Shown here in pieces: positions 51,494 through 60,419 of a DNA stretch of 64,000 bases; the first letter of the stretch is position 1, and every line of letters starts with the position of its first letter. The stretch lies in the NCBI GenBank assembly GCA_028345065.1, contig JAOMCN010000001.1, positions 21,605 through 85,604 on the forward strand, written 5' to 3'. The position numbers were made by a program, and so were the translations under genes. The stretch is from Rhodospirillales bacterium (GTDB taxonomy: Bacteria; Pseudomonadota; Alphaproteobacteria; Rhodospirillales; UBA2165). A model generated the notes under the pieces. It had not been told where the DNA came from. It did no database searches and saw only the letters and a list, made by a program, of their open reading frames with translations.

Positions 51494-52281
51494 AAAACGA
51501 ACCCTTTCATAGATTTGTAAACCTCTTCCGAACGCTCAAGCATTATCATATGCCCGCAATTAGGAATTATGTCGACGCCTACATTGGCGATCGCCTGTCC
51601 CAGTTTAACCCCACTTTTTAGGGGCGTCATCTTGTCGTTCTCACTGAGAATCATTTTTACGGGACACAATATTTTTTCAGCGGCTTTCAACCCGTCTTGA
51701 TAAGAATTACTGGCGGCAAGATCACTTCCCAGAACTCCGGATTTTGATAGCATAAGTAATGTTATGCTCGCGCCTTGCACCCATAGACCGGGTTGACGGT
51801 GTCCCCCAATCTGTGAATTGCTTCCCAAGCCCCAAAATACAACCAGTTCGGGGCCGAGCGGTTGGTTGGCTTTAGCAGTGGCCAAAAGGTCCGGATGAAC
51901 AGGCATTTTTTCTGAAATACCAATAAGAACCAATTTATTAACTTTCAAGGGATGTCGTGCTGCAACTTCAAGTCCTATCAGCGCCCCCATTGAATGGCCA
52001 ACGATTATGGCAGATTCAGTCTCTGAGGCATCCATAAAAAGTGCTACCCAATCGGCCATTTCGGCTATGCTTTTGAGTGGGGGGCCTTCTGAGCGGCCAT
52101 GACCAGGTAGGTCTACAGCAAATACTCGGCAGCCATTGTGGGCAACATTTCTGCTTTGTAACTGCCATGCCGTTCGATCCATTCCTGCTCCATGAATGAA
52201 TACCACTGCAGGTTCATCGTCTTTTCCTTTTCGTCCTCCAGTTGCAGCATGTGATTTTTTCCCTTCGATTATTATTTCCAT
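51490..52281 (-). CDS. alpha/beta-fold hydrolase
   Basis: It has the HG oxyanion motif (VFIHGAG) and the nucleophile elbow GHSMGA. Confidence 0.8.
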   Translation of the reverse strand: MEIIIEGKKSHAATGGRKGKDDEPAVVFIHGAGMDRTAWQLQSRNVAHNGCRVFAVDLPGHGRSEGPPLKSIAEMADWVALFMDASETESAIIVGHSMGALIGLEVAARHPLKVNKLVLIGISEKMPVHPDLLATAKANQPLGPELVVFWGLGSNSQIGGHRQPGLWVQGASITLLMLSKSGVLGSDLAASNSYQDGLKAAEKILCPVKMILSENDKMTPLKSGVKLGQAIANVGVDIIPNCGHMIMLERSEEVYKSMKGFVF

Positions 52282-52286
52282 CTCTT

Positions 52287-53582
52287 TTAAGCCTTTGCTG
52301 AAGCTCTTAGCGCTCGCTTAAGGTCAGCGGTGATGTCATTAATATCTTCTAGCCCCACCGAAAGACGGATCATCCCTTCACCTATTCCCGCTGCTTCTAG
52401 GGCTTTAGCATTCATCTGTTGGTGGGTGGTAGAAGCCGGATGTATCACCAGTGTTTTTGCATCACCGACGTTAGCTAGGTGCGATGCTAATTCCACAGTC
52501 TCGATAAACTTTCGTCCGGCGGTTCGCCCCCCTTTCAAACCAAAACTCAAAATTGCCCCCGCCCCCTTTGGGAGCAAGTTTCTTGCTAGATCAAAATCTG
52601 GATGAGATTTTAGCCCGGGGTAGTTGACCCACTCTACAGCCTCCGAGAGTTCAAGAAACTCAGCGACTGCTTGAGCATTAGCCACGTGTTTCTGCATGCG
52701 TAATGGCAGAGTTTCAATACCCTGGAGGATGTAAAAGGCATTACCGGGGCTGAGGCATGCGCCAAAATCTTTCATCCCCTCGGCCCGGGCCCGCATGAGA
52801 AAGGCCTGGGTTCCAAATTCATCGGCAAAGTTGAGACCATGGTACCCTTCATAGGGTTCTGTGAGGGTGGGGAATTTGCCAGAACCTACCCAATCAAACT
52901 TCCCCGAGTCCACCAAAATTCCACCAATGGCAATTCCATGACCGCCTAAAAATTTTGTCAGAGAATGCATTACAATGTCAACGCCATGTTCAAACGGTTT
53001 GCAGAGATAGGGCGTTGTGAATGTAGTATCTATCATCAATGGTAACCCCGCATCATGGGCCATCAAAGAGATTGCTTCCAAATCCATAACCTCGATGCCT
53101 GGGTTTCCCAATGTCTCACCAAAAATTAATTTAGTTTCTGGTTTAATAGCCTTTTTAAACGCATCCGGATCTCGGGGATTGGCAAATGTCGTGGTAATTC
53201 CAAATCGTGGAAGTGTATAGCTAAAGAGGTTGTGAGAACCACCATAAAGCGACCCGGAGGAGACAATATGCCCCCCTGAATCCATCAAGGTAGCGACCGC
53301 CAGAAATAGTGCTGCCATCCCGCTTGCTGTAGCTACCCCACCGACACCCCCTTCTAATGCAGCCACCCTTTCCTCAAGCACCGCGACGGTGGGGTTGGAA
53401 AGCCGTGAGTAGATATGACCTGGCCGCTCCAGGTTGTAGAGAGCTGCTGCGTGATCGGTATCTTCAAACAAATATGATGTGGTTTGGTAGATAGGGACAG
53501 CCCGTGAATGCGTAACTGGATCTGGTTGATGCCCGGCATGTAGACTGAGAGTATCAAATTTTAAAAATTCAGGTTTAATCAC
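52287..53582 (-). CDS. metY: O-acetylhomoserine aminocarboxypropyltransferase/sulfhydrylase (PLP)
   Basis: It is MetY/Cys-Met-metabolism PLP family (FDTLSLHAGH, HSLTKFLGGHG) and uses a GTG start. Confidence 0.9.
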   Translation of the reverse strand: MIKPEFLKFDTLSLHAGHQPDPVTHSRAVPIYQTTSYLFEDTDHAAALYNLERPGHIYSRLSNPTVAVLEERVAALEGGVGGVATASGMAALFLAVATLMDSGGHIVSSGSLYGGSHNLFSYTLPRFGITTTFANPRDPDAFKKAIKPETKLIFGETLGNPGIEVMDLEAISLMAHDAGLPLMIDTTFTTPYLCKPFEHGVDIVMHSLTKFLGGHGIAIGGILVDSGKFDWVGSGKFPTLTEPYEGYHGLNFADEFGTQAFLMRARAEGMKDFGACLSPGNAFYILQGIETLPLRMQKHVANAQAVAEFLELSEAVEWVNYPGLKSHPDFDLARNLLPKGAGAILSFGLKGGRTAGRKFIETVELASHLANVGDAKTLVIHPASTTHQQMNAKALEAAGIGEGMIRLSVGLEDINDITADLKRALRASAKA

Positions 53583-53661
53583 GGCGATCCCCTTAACTCT
53601 TTACAAAAGGCTTCTGGCAATTTACCCAAGTTTAACTCTAGATCAACCAAGGACTAAGGCA

Positions 53662-54975
53662 ATGGCACGAAAGATCAATTCTGCCGTCGTATTAGGTGGC
53701 GGTACTATGGGCGCTGGGATCGCCGCACTTTGCGCTCAGAAAGACAATCAAGTTCTTCTTTTGGACATAAACAAAGAAGCGGCGGAGCAGGCGTTGGATC
53801 GAATAATTAATGGAAGACCACCCAGTTTGGACGATCCGGAAAAGGCAAAAAACATAACTATTGGAACCTTCGATAATGATCTGGATAAAATAGTGAACTA
53901 CGACTGGATCTGTGAAGCTGTTATTGAAGATCTAAAAATCAAGCGCGAGTTGTTTGAAAAACTTGAACCGCTTCGACGGGATGGTTCTATTGTTTCTACG
54001 AATACGTCGGGCATCACATTAAGCGACATTACTGGAGGGATGCCAGATCGCCTACAGCAAGATGTCGCTGTTACTCATTTTTTTAACCCGGTAAAAGTTA
54101 TGCGCCTTCTTGAGTTGGTTCCCGGAAAACAAACCACGCCCGACGTAACTGATGCTTTAAGCGAGTTTTGCCGCAATGTTCTTGGTAAAGGTGTGGTTAA
54201 TGCAAAGGATACCGTCAACTTTATAGGCAACAGGATAGGTTGTTATTGGATACTTGCAGGCCTGCATTACGGAATAGAGGCACTAGAGGAAGGTTTTAGC
54301 GTTGAAGAAATAGATGCCATGATTTCTCAATCTATGGGTCTGCCCCCGACAGGCCTCTTTGGTTTGGTCGATTTAGTCGGTCTCGATGTAATGGATCTCG
54401 TAAGCAAAAATCTTTCAGCTAACCTCCCTTCAGGAGACCTAGGATTGAAAGTTGTAAATCTTCCGGGTTCAGTTCGTGCCATGATTGACCGTGGACAGAT
54501 CGGACGTAAAGCTGGCGGCGGCTTTTACAGGGTTGAAAAGTTGGATGACGGTTCCCGGAAGAGTGAGACGTTTGACTTAATTACCGGAAAATGGCGGGAA
54601 ACAATTAAAACAGACTCAGGTAGTACTCCAGTAACCCTTGACGCTATGCTCGAAGATGACAAACAAGGAAATCTTTTATGGCAAATTGTGGGCGGGACAC
54701 TCATTTATGCCGCAGATCTGATACCGGAAATTTCTGATGATATCGTCAATGTTGACCGAGCTATGAGATGGGGATACGCGTGGAGCGAAGGACCGTTCCA
54801 ACTGCTGGATAGATTGGGTCCGGGAAAGTTTTCAAGTAGAATTGTTTCCGAGAATGGAACAAACCCCAAAATGCTAACGGCGTTAAACAAGGCTGGTGCT
54901 GAGATGTTTTATTTGGAAGAAGAAGAAAAATTTTTTGCAATTGAAGGAACCTATAAACACATACCGGCTGACTAA
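53662..54975 (+). CDS. 3-hydroxyacyl-CoA dehydrogenase (NAD-binding plus C-terminal domains)
   Basis: It has the Rossmann motif GGGTMGAGIA and 3HCDH-type N- and C-terminal domains. Confidence 0.85.
   Translation: MARKINSAVVLGGGTMGAGIAALCAQKDNQVLLLDINKEAAEQALDRIINGRPPSLDDPEKAKNITIGTFDNDLDKIVNYDWICEAVIEDLKIKRELFEKLEPLRRDGSIVSTNTSGITLSDITGGMPDRLQQDVAVTHFFNPVKVMRLLELVPGKQTTPDVTDALSEFCRNVLGKGVVNAKDTVNFIGNRIGCYWILAGLHYGIEALEEGFSVEEIDAMISQSMGLPPTGLFGLVDLVGLDVMDLVSKNLSANLPSGDLGLKVVNLPGSVRAMIDRGQIGRKAGGGFYRVEKLDDGSRKSETFDLITGKWRETIKTDSGSTPVTLDAMLEDDKQGNLLWQIVGGTLIYAADLIPEISDDIVNVDRAMRWGYAWSEGPFQLLDRLGPGKFSSRIVSENGTNPKMLTALNKAGAEMFYLEEEEKFFAIEGTYKHIPAD
54745..54975 (+). repeat. direct repeat copy A, the 3' end of the intact dehydrogenase gene
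   Basis: This 231-nt segment is colinear, without indels, with 58950..59180. Translated identity is 51/76 aa, and the first ~41 nt have only 2 mismatches. Confidence 0.85.
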
Positions 54976-55135
54976 AATATTATAACAAAGAGTTAAATTG
55001 GAAGTTTTGAAAAGCAAACTAGAATTTTTAAATTTGTGTTTATTTTTGGGTGTATTTTGATGCTGAATTCACCACTTTTCTATTCAACGGGACGCTTAGC
55101 ACAAGGCAAGAAACTATCAGATAGAGCAAAGGCCA

Positions 55136-57511
55136 ATGAGTGAGCCATCTAGTTCCGTTCGGTTGCCGGTAATCGATTGGGCCATCGCCTTTCTAACCTT
55201 TAGTTTTGTTGTTGTAGGTATGGTTCATACGTTGCCCACTCTACCCGGTCTTGACCAGTGGGCGAGAGACTTTACAGGCAACCCGCTCCTCGCAATCCGC
55301 CGTTTCCCGTTCGAGTATCTTAATCCCTTTGTTTTTGCTCTGATGATGACCATAGTTGTTTTTAAGCATTCATTCTATCGTACGTTCAAAGATAGGGGAT
55401 CCCTCACAGCTGGGTTTAGTCTTGCTGCAGATGTTATCTTTATCGTTATGGTATACGCCGTTGCCTGGACGTATTTAATGGAGATTGAGGCTGTCTGTAT
55501 TATTGATCGTATCACAGGCGAGAGGGCAGAGTTAATTGCGAAAGCGTTACTGGCTGAAAAAGAATATGCTGAATCAATGGGTCTGCCTATACCAACAACT
55601 GTAGATGACCCAAGCTGCATAAATAACGCGGGTCTTTGGCTTTTTGCTATCGTAGGCTTTGGAGTACTCGTGTTCCTGGGTTATAACATTAAAGTTTGGG
55701 GCTTGCCCTTGGTCATGGTTTCATTATCTGTGGCCATTTACACAATCGCTACTGTGTTTATGTGGTACTTTCTTGGTCCCGATGATATCTCAAAATACTG
55801 GGTAACGAAACTTGGCGGAGAACCGCGCCAATTGACTGATGGGCTCGCCAACGTGCGCGATATCCTGACAAATGGATCGGCAGGGCTCTTGGGCCGTTTC
55901 ATCAGCATCACGATGGATATAATATTTCCTTATGTGATCCTTGGTTCATTGTTTGGGGCGTCTGCCGGCGGACGCTCTTTGATCAAGCTGGCGTTCTTGT
56001 TGACACGCAAGCTACGGGGCGGGCCAGCTCATGCAGCTATTGTTAGCTCTGCTATGTTTGGCACCATATCCGGAGGGCCTGTTGTTAACGTCCTTTCTAC
56101 CGGCGTCCTAACAATCCCGATGATAATAAAACGGGGGTTTGGTAGGGCCTTTGCCGGTGGTGTGGAAGCTGCAGCTTCCTCAGGAGGACAAATCATGCCG
56201 CCGGTTATGGGCGTCGCTGCTTTTGTGCTGGCTGCTATTACGGCTGTACCCTACAGTTCCGTTATAGTAGCGGCGGCCTTGCCTGCATTGGCATATTTTG
56301 GGGCTCTTTTTCTTACGGTCGTATTTCAAGCTCGCAAGCTCGAAATAGAAGCCTATGGTGAAATTACCGAAGACATGCTGTTGACGCTTGACGATAAAAT
56401 TAACCTATTTATGATTTTTGCTCCCCTCGCGCTTATTCTCTTGTTGCTCTTGACACCGAAAGAGGCGGTGACCTGCGGATGGATCGGTAATCTTTTTAAT
56501 GTTGAACAAGTATTTACGGGGAATGTCTGTACATCTGCCAAACTCCCTTGGTTGTTAGAGATTCTCGAAAATTCGGCCGGAGATGCAAGTTCGGCAGGCT
56601 GGTGGGCTGCTGTGCTTCTGATGGCGTTATTCTACCTCGATAAGGAAATGCGCGCCAAGCCGCGCAAGCTTTTTCATGCTCTCTGCAATGCCGGTGAGTT
56701 GCTCGCTACATTGTCTTTGATGCTGTTGGTCGTTGCCGTAATTGACTTTTCTCTAAATCTTACTGGTCTGGCTATGTATATTGCGGGTGACGTGGTCCAT
56801 TGGATGCGTGCAACAAGTGAGACCTTTAGTGTTGGAGGCGGAAGCTTGTTTATTTTCATCTCGTTGCTGGTGACAATGCTTTTGGCGATCCTTCTAGGTA
56901 TGGGCATGCCAACGGTTCCCGCCTATTTGAATGTCGCTCTGCTTATGGGGCCGCTGCTGATAGGGCTTGGCGTTGCTATGTTTACGGCTCATATGTTCGT
57001 TTTTTATTTTGCTGTTGCGTCTGCAATTACACCGCCGGTTGCAATTGCCGCTTTTGCAGCTTCTTCGATCTCGAAGACTGATCCCATGGTCACAGGAGTT
57101 GCGGCTGTGAAGGCGGGTGTTGTGATGTTTATTATTCCCTACATTTTTGCCTTTTATCCAGAGTTATTGCTCATTCAAGAAGCCCAACTAGACCCGAATT
57201 CCAAGACCGGCGCATTTTTGCCAGGTTACGATGGTGAGGTCCATTGGGGTCCTTTGGGTTGGTTATGTGCGCGTATCGCGCTGGCGCTGTATTTTATCGG
57301 GAGTTTGTTGGCGGGCTTTGACCGCATGAGAATTTCAGTTCCCGAGCAGTTTATACGGGGTTTGATTGCTTTACTGGTGATCTGGAAACTACCTGAGGTT
57401 TATTGGACAGGGATAGTATTAGGTGCAATAGTTCTTTTCTGGCATGGTAGAAAGTCAAAGAATATAAGGGCGGAAGAACCTATCCCCGATAAAGAACTAC
57501 AACAGATCTAA
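55136..57511 (+). CDS. TRAP transporter fused permease (TAXI-type, DctQ/DctM-like fusion)
   Basis: The 791-aa polytopic membrane protein is typical of TAXI-associated fused permeases and is adjacent to a TAXI receptor gene. Confidence 0.8.
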   Translation: MSEPSSSVRLPVIDWAIAFLTFSFVVVGMVHTLPTLPGLDQWARDFTGNPLLAIRRFPFEYLNPFVFALMMTIVVFKHSFYRTFKDRGSLTAGFSLAADVIFIVMVYAVAWTYLMEIEAVCIIDRITGERAELIAKALLAEKEYAESMGLPIPTTVDDPSCINNAGLWLFAIVGFGVLVFLGYNIKVWGLPLVMVSLSVAIYTIATVFMWYFLGPDDISKYWVTKLGGEPRQLTDGLANVRDILTNGSAGLLGRFISITMDIIFPYVILGSLFGASAGGRSLIKLAFLLTRKLRGGPAHAAIVSSAMFGTISGGPVVNVLSTGVLTIPMIIKRGFGRAFAGGVEAAASSGGQIMPPVMGVAAFVLAAITAVPYSSVIVAAALPALAYFGALFLTVVFQARKLEIEAYGEITEDMLLTLDDKINLFMIFAPLALILLLLLTPKEAVTCGWIGNLFNVEQVFTGNVCTSAKLPWLLEILENSAGDASSAGWWAAVLLMALFYLDKEMRAKPRKLFHALCNAGELLATLSLMLLVVAVIDFSLNLTGLAMYIAGDVVHWMRATSETFSVGGGSLFIFISLLVTMLLAILLGMGMPTVPAYLNVALLMGPLLIGLGVAMFTAHMFVFYFAVASAITPPVAIAAFAASSISKTDPMVTGVAAVKAGVVMFIIPYIFAFYPELLLIQEAQLDPNSKTGAFLPGYDGEVHWGPLGWLCARIALALYFIGSLLAGFDRMRISVPEQFIRGLIALLVIWKLPEVYWTGIVLGAIVLFWHGRKSKNIRAEEPIPDKELQQI

Positions 57512-57529
57512 TTGTATTACTCATATATG

Positions 57530-57565
57530 AAAAAAATGCCCCCGAGTTTACAGGGGGCATTTTTG
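57530..57565. terminator. bidirectional intrinsic terminator between the convergent TRAP genes
   Basis: AAAAAA-ATGCCCCC-GAGTTTACA-GGGGGCAT-TTTT. Confidence 0.8.
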
Positions 57566-57584
57566 TAGTTTGGTAACCCTAGTA

Positions 57585-58631
57585 TTATTGGGCGCAGGCT
57601 GGTAATTTATAACCCGCTTCCTTCCAGGCTGCCGCTGCACCTGCATGATATTTTAGTGTCGACTTTCCGCAGAAGCTGGATTTTTTCGGATCCATTTCCG
57701 CTAAACCAACAGATTTCATGAAAGCTGTACGTTTTTTCAGTCTATCCAATGTCGAGATATGTGCTGCAACTATTTTCTTTACCAAGTCAAAAGACATTTT
57801 TTTGTGAACGACGTCCGTGAAGGCAGTACCTAGACCACGCAGTTTATTATCTTCGGAAATAAGTGTTATTGACTTTTCATAGCCCATATCTTTCCGGTCG
57901 ACTATTATTGGAATATTGCCGGGTACGCCGAACATTTTTTTGGCCAAGGCGCTTTCCATTGCTGCCTTAGGTAAAGAAAATACGTTGATCTTGCCGGCTG
58001 CAGTCATAGTTGTTGGATAGGGGTGGGGCCAGGTCGAAGGCAATATAAAGCCATCGACCGATCCATCAACCAATGTGGTCATCAATTGACCCCAATTTTG
58101 CTGAACGCCTTTGTAATCTTTGCCGTCTTTTATGCCTGCTGCCAATATACCAACAGCTCGTGCATTATTTAGTGCGGCGCCGCGAGGAGGGCCGTTCCAA
58201 ATAGTTTTGCCTTTAAAATCTGCCCAGCTTTTCCAACCCTTATTGGCATAAGCAAAGCCATAAAAACCACCAGCGTTATAAGTCCATAAGGCGCGAAGGT
58301 TTGCCGCCAATTCAGCACCTTTTTCCTTCCCTATCTTACCATAAGGGCCGACGCCGCGAGAAAGGAGGAAAGGTAGGATAATGGGGGCAGAAGCAAGATC
58401 GGTTTTGCCTTGAGCGACATTGCGCACCGAGTTGGTGAGGGTTTGACCTTGCGCTACTTGGAGATTGGCGATTTTCTTTTCAGATAGAACATCGGCCATG
58501 TGTCCCATCACATTGCCAGGTACACCTGTTGGCCCAGCCGTTTCAGCTGACATGTTTATTTGTGCCTGGCTGTGTCCCGCTAAACCGACTACTAAAATAA
58601 AGGCTAAAATCAGCCATAGATGGTTTTTCAT
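57585..58631 (-). CDS. TAXI-family TRAP transporter solute receptor
   Basis: It has the signal peptide MKNHLWLILAFILVVGLAGHSQA and a TAXI-type periplasmic binding fold pattern. The strong RBS AAGGGAG lies upstream of ATG 58631. Confidence 0.8.
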   Translation of the reverse strand: MKNHLWLILAFILVVGLAGHSQAQINMSAETAGPTGVPGNVMGHMADVLSEKKIANLQVAQGQTLTNSVRNVAQGKTDLASAPIILPFLLSRGVGPYGKIGKEKGAELAANLRALWTYNAGGFYGFAYANKGWKSWADFKGKTIWNGPPRGAALNNARAVGILAAGIKDGKDYKGVQQNWGQLMTTLVDGSVDGFILPSTWPHPYPTTMTAAGKINVFSLPKAAMESALAKKMFGVPGNIPIIVDRKDMGYEKSITLISEDNKLRGLGTAFTDVVHKKMSFDLVKKIVAAHISTLDRLKKRTAFMKSVGLAEMDPKKSSFCGKSTLKYHAGAAAAWKEAGYKLPACAQ

Positions 58632-58758
58632 GATTACTCCCTTTTTCAAACTTTATACTAAAAACTTTTAGGTGACTTCTTTTCGGTCTTTAGATTTTAT
58701 AGCCTTATAATCTACGATCTGTTCATTGGAAACAGTTAGATCAAAACTATTAAACAAT

Positions 58759-58932
58759 TTAGTACATGAGTTCGTCCTCCTCACCACCACCAGGAAGAAC
58801 GAGCTCTCCTGACGTAGAGAGGGACTTAGCAATATCCATAACACTTGAACGGTTATCATCCACTGCTCTTTTGGGCACAGAACCATGTGCCCCCACATCC
58901 TTTTCCATAATATTTACTGCCCTTTCAGACAT
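58759..58932 (-). CDS. 57-aa hypothetical acidic-tailed peptide
   Basis: It is not in the track because it is shorter than 60 aa. My hand translation is MSERAVNIMEKDVGAHGSVPKRAVDDNRSSVMDIAKSLSTSGELVLPGGGEEDELMY. The RBS is weak. It is more protein-like than the overlapping track ORF 58668..58898. Confidence 0.25.
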   Translation of the reverse strand: MSERAVNIMEKDVGAHGSVPKRAVDDNRSSVMDIAKSLSTSGELVLPGGGEEDELMY

Positions 58933-58949
58933 ATTACCTAAGAGATGTG

Positions 58950-59180
58950 GTCAATGTTGATCGAGCCATGAGATGGGGATACGCGTGGAGTGAATGTCCG
59001 TTCCAACTACTGGATAAATTCGATCCGGGAATGTTTTTAAGTAGAATTGTTTCTGCGAATGGCGAAACCCCCAAAAAACTTAAAGCGCTACACAAGGCTG
59101 GTGCTGATAAGATTTATTTGGAAGAAGAAGGACAATTTTTTGCCCTTGGGGTAACATATCAAAAAACGCCGACCAGCTAA
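58950..59180 (+). pseudogene. orphan 3' fragment of a 3-hydroxyacyl-CoA dehydrogenase gene (direct repeat copy B)
   Basis: It encodes VNVDRAMRWGYAWSECPFQLLD..., homologous to the last 76 codons of 53662..54975. Homology stops abruptly near 58941 and no N-terminal part is present. Confidence 0.8.
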
Positions 59181-59217
59181 AAATGTATAAATAAGCTGCG
59201 AAACAGGGAGAGTTGAT

Positions 59218-60261
59218 ATGCAAAATAGAAATTTTAACCCTGTATTTATTTTTGCCAGTATTTTGACGTTGTGTTCATCACTTTTCTGGTCGACAGGAAG
59301 CTTAGCTGAACTGCGAGGAAAGGCAAAAGCGGCTGACGCTAACCAAGACGGATTGCTTCAGAAAGATGAAGCTAGGGGTCCAGCAGCAGCCAACTTCGAG
59401 GCAATAGATTGTGACAAAAGCGGCGCTCTAGACGGAAAAGAGCTTTACAACTTCTTTCGTGGTTCTGGTGAATGTGAGGGGGGCGCTGAAAAATCTGCTG
59501 GCAACATTATAATTCATGAGAAGGCATACCCGAGTGGCCCCGGTCCCTTCCCTGCGGTCATAACACTTCACACTAGCGGAGGCCTAAAAGGGTCGAAAAC
59601 ATTAATTCAAAACTTTAGGAGTGGGACCTGGGTAAACTCCGGCTATGCCGTATATGCGCCCAATTTTTTTGCAAAACATGGAATAACTACTTCTACTCGA
59701 ATGGATACTTTCGATAAATATCGTGAGGACATCGAGAAAGAACTAGTCGCAATAATCGCATTAATGAAGGCCGATCCCAAAGTAGATAGTAAAAATATTT
59801 TCGCAGTTGGCTTTTCGAACGGTGGTTTTTGGGCCAGTTTTATGGCGGGGAAGGCAAAGGTCAATGCTGCAGCATCACATTATGGAGTTTGGAAAGGGTG
59901 CTTTGGGTGGGATTGTGAAAACCCTTATCCAGTGGAATATTTTTCCTCAAAGAGTTCGCCGTTATTAGCCCTTCATGGCGATGGTGATAGCACGCAAAAA
60001 CCTAGGTATTTTGAGGCCGCATGGGACCAAATTGATGGCACGCCCAAGATTGAAAGACATATTTACGAAGGTGCCGGTCATGCTTGGGATTGTTTTCCAT
60101 ATTTTCCTAAGTCTCTAGTCGCCAAGAATCCAGGAAAATTTGGTCGTTTGCTAAAAAAATTAGAAGGAGTATGCGCTAACAAATTTGACGGCCCAAACAA
60201 AGCAGTAACAAAAGATGCTTTTAAAAGGACCCTGGCTTTCTTTAAGAAGCATGCAAAATAG
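59218..60261 (+). CDS. secreted dienelactone-hydrolase-family esterase with an N-terminal EF-hand pair
   Basis: It has a signal peptide and two canonical 12-residue EF loops, DANQDGLLQKDE and DCDKSGALDGKE. The DLH core is GFSNGG, HGDGDS, GAGHAW. Confidence 0.75.
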   Translation: MQNRNFNPVFIFASILTLCSSLFWSTGSLAELRGKAKAADANQDGLLQKDEARGPAAANFEAIDCDKSGALDGKELYNFFRGSGECEGGAEKSAGNIIIHEKAYPSGPGPFPAVITLHTSGGLKGSKTLIQNFRSGTWVNSGYAVYAPNFFAKHGITTSTRMDTFDKYREDIEKELVAIIALMKADPKVDSKNIFAVGFSNGGFWASFMAGKAKVNAAASHYGVWKGCFGWDCENPYPVEYFSSKSSPLLALHGDGDSTQKPRYFEAAWDQIDGTPKIERHIYEGAGHAWDCFPYFPKSLVAKNPGKFGRLLKKLEGVCANKFDGPNKAVTKDAFKRTLAFFKKHAK

Positions 60262-60354
60262 GGGACTTGGCAGGTTTTCGGAAAGCTTGTTTCAATTCGG
60301 ATTCGGGTGGCTATGGTTCCGATCAAGCTAGAATAGGGTTCTGATATTAAATAA

Positions 60355-60390
60355 CCCCCAAACATTGGAAGATTTTTCGGTGTTTGGGGG
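60355..60390. terminator. stem-loop between the esterase gene and the tRNA 3' end (probable bidirectional terminator)
   Basis: CCCCCAAACA-(16 nt)-TGTTTGGGGG forms a perfect 10-bp stem. On the minus strand it is followed by TTATTT. Confidence 0.55.
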
Positions 60391-60419
60391 TCAATATTCG
60401 GTATAATATTCCAAAAATG

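Noticed and set aside
53583-53661. A SAM-II/SAM-V-type riboswitch upstream of metY.
   Set aside because: Only 79 nt are shared with a divergent gene, and I could find no AAAGCU-type pseudoknot motif.
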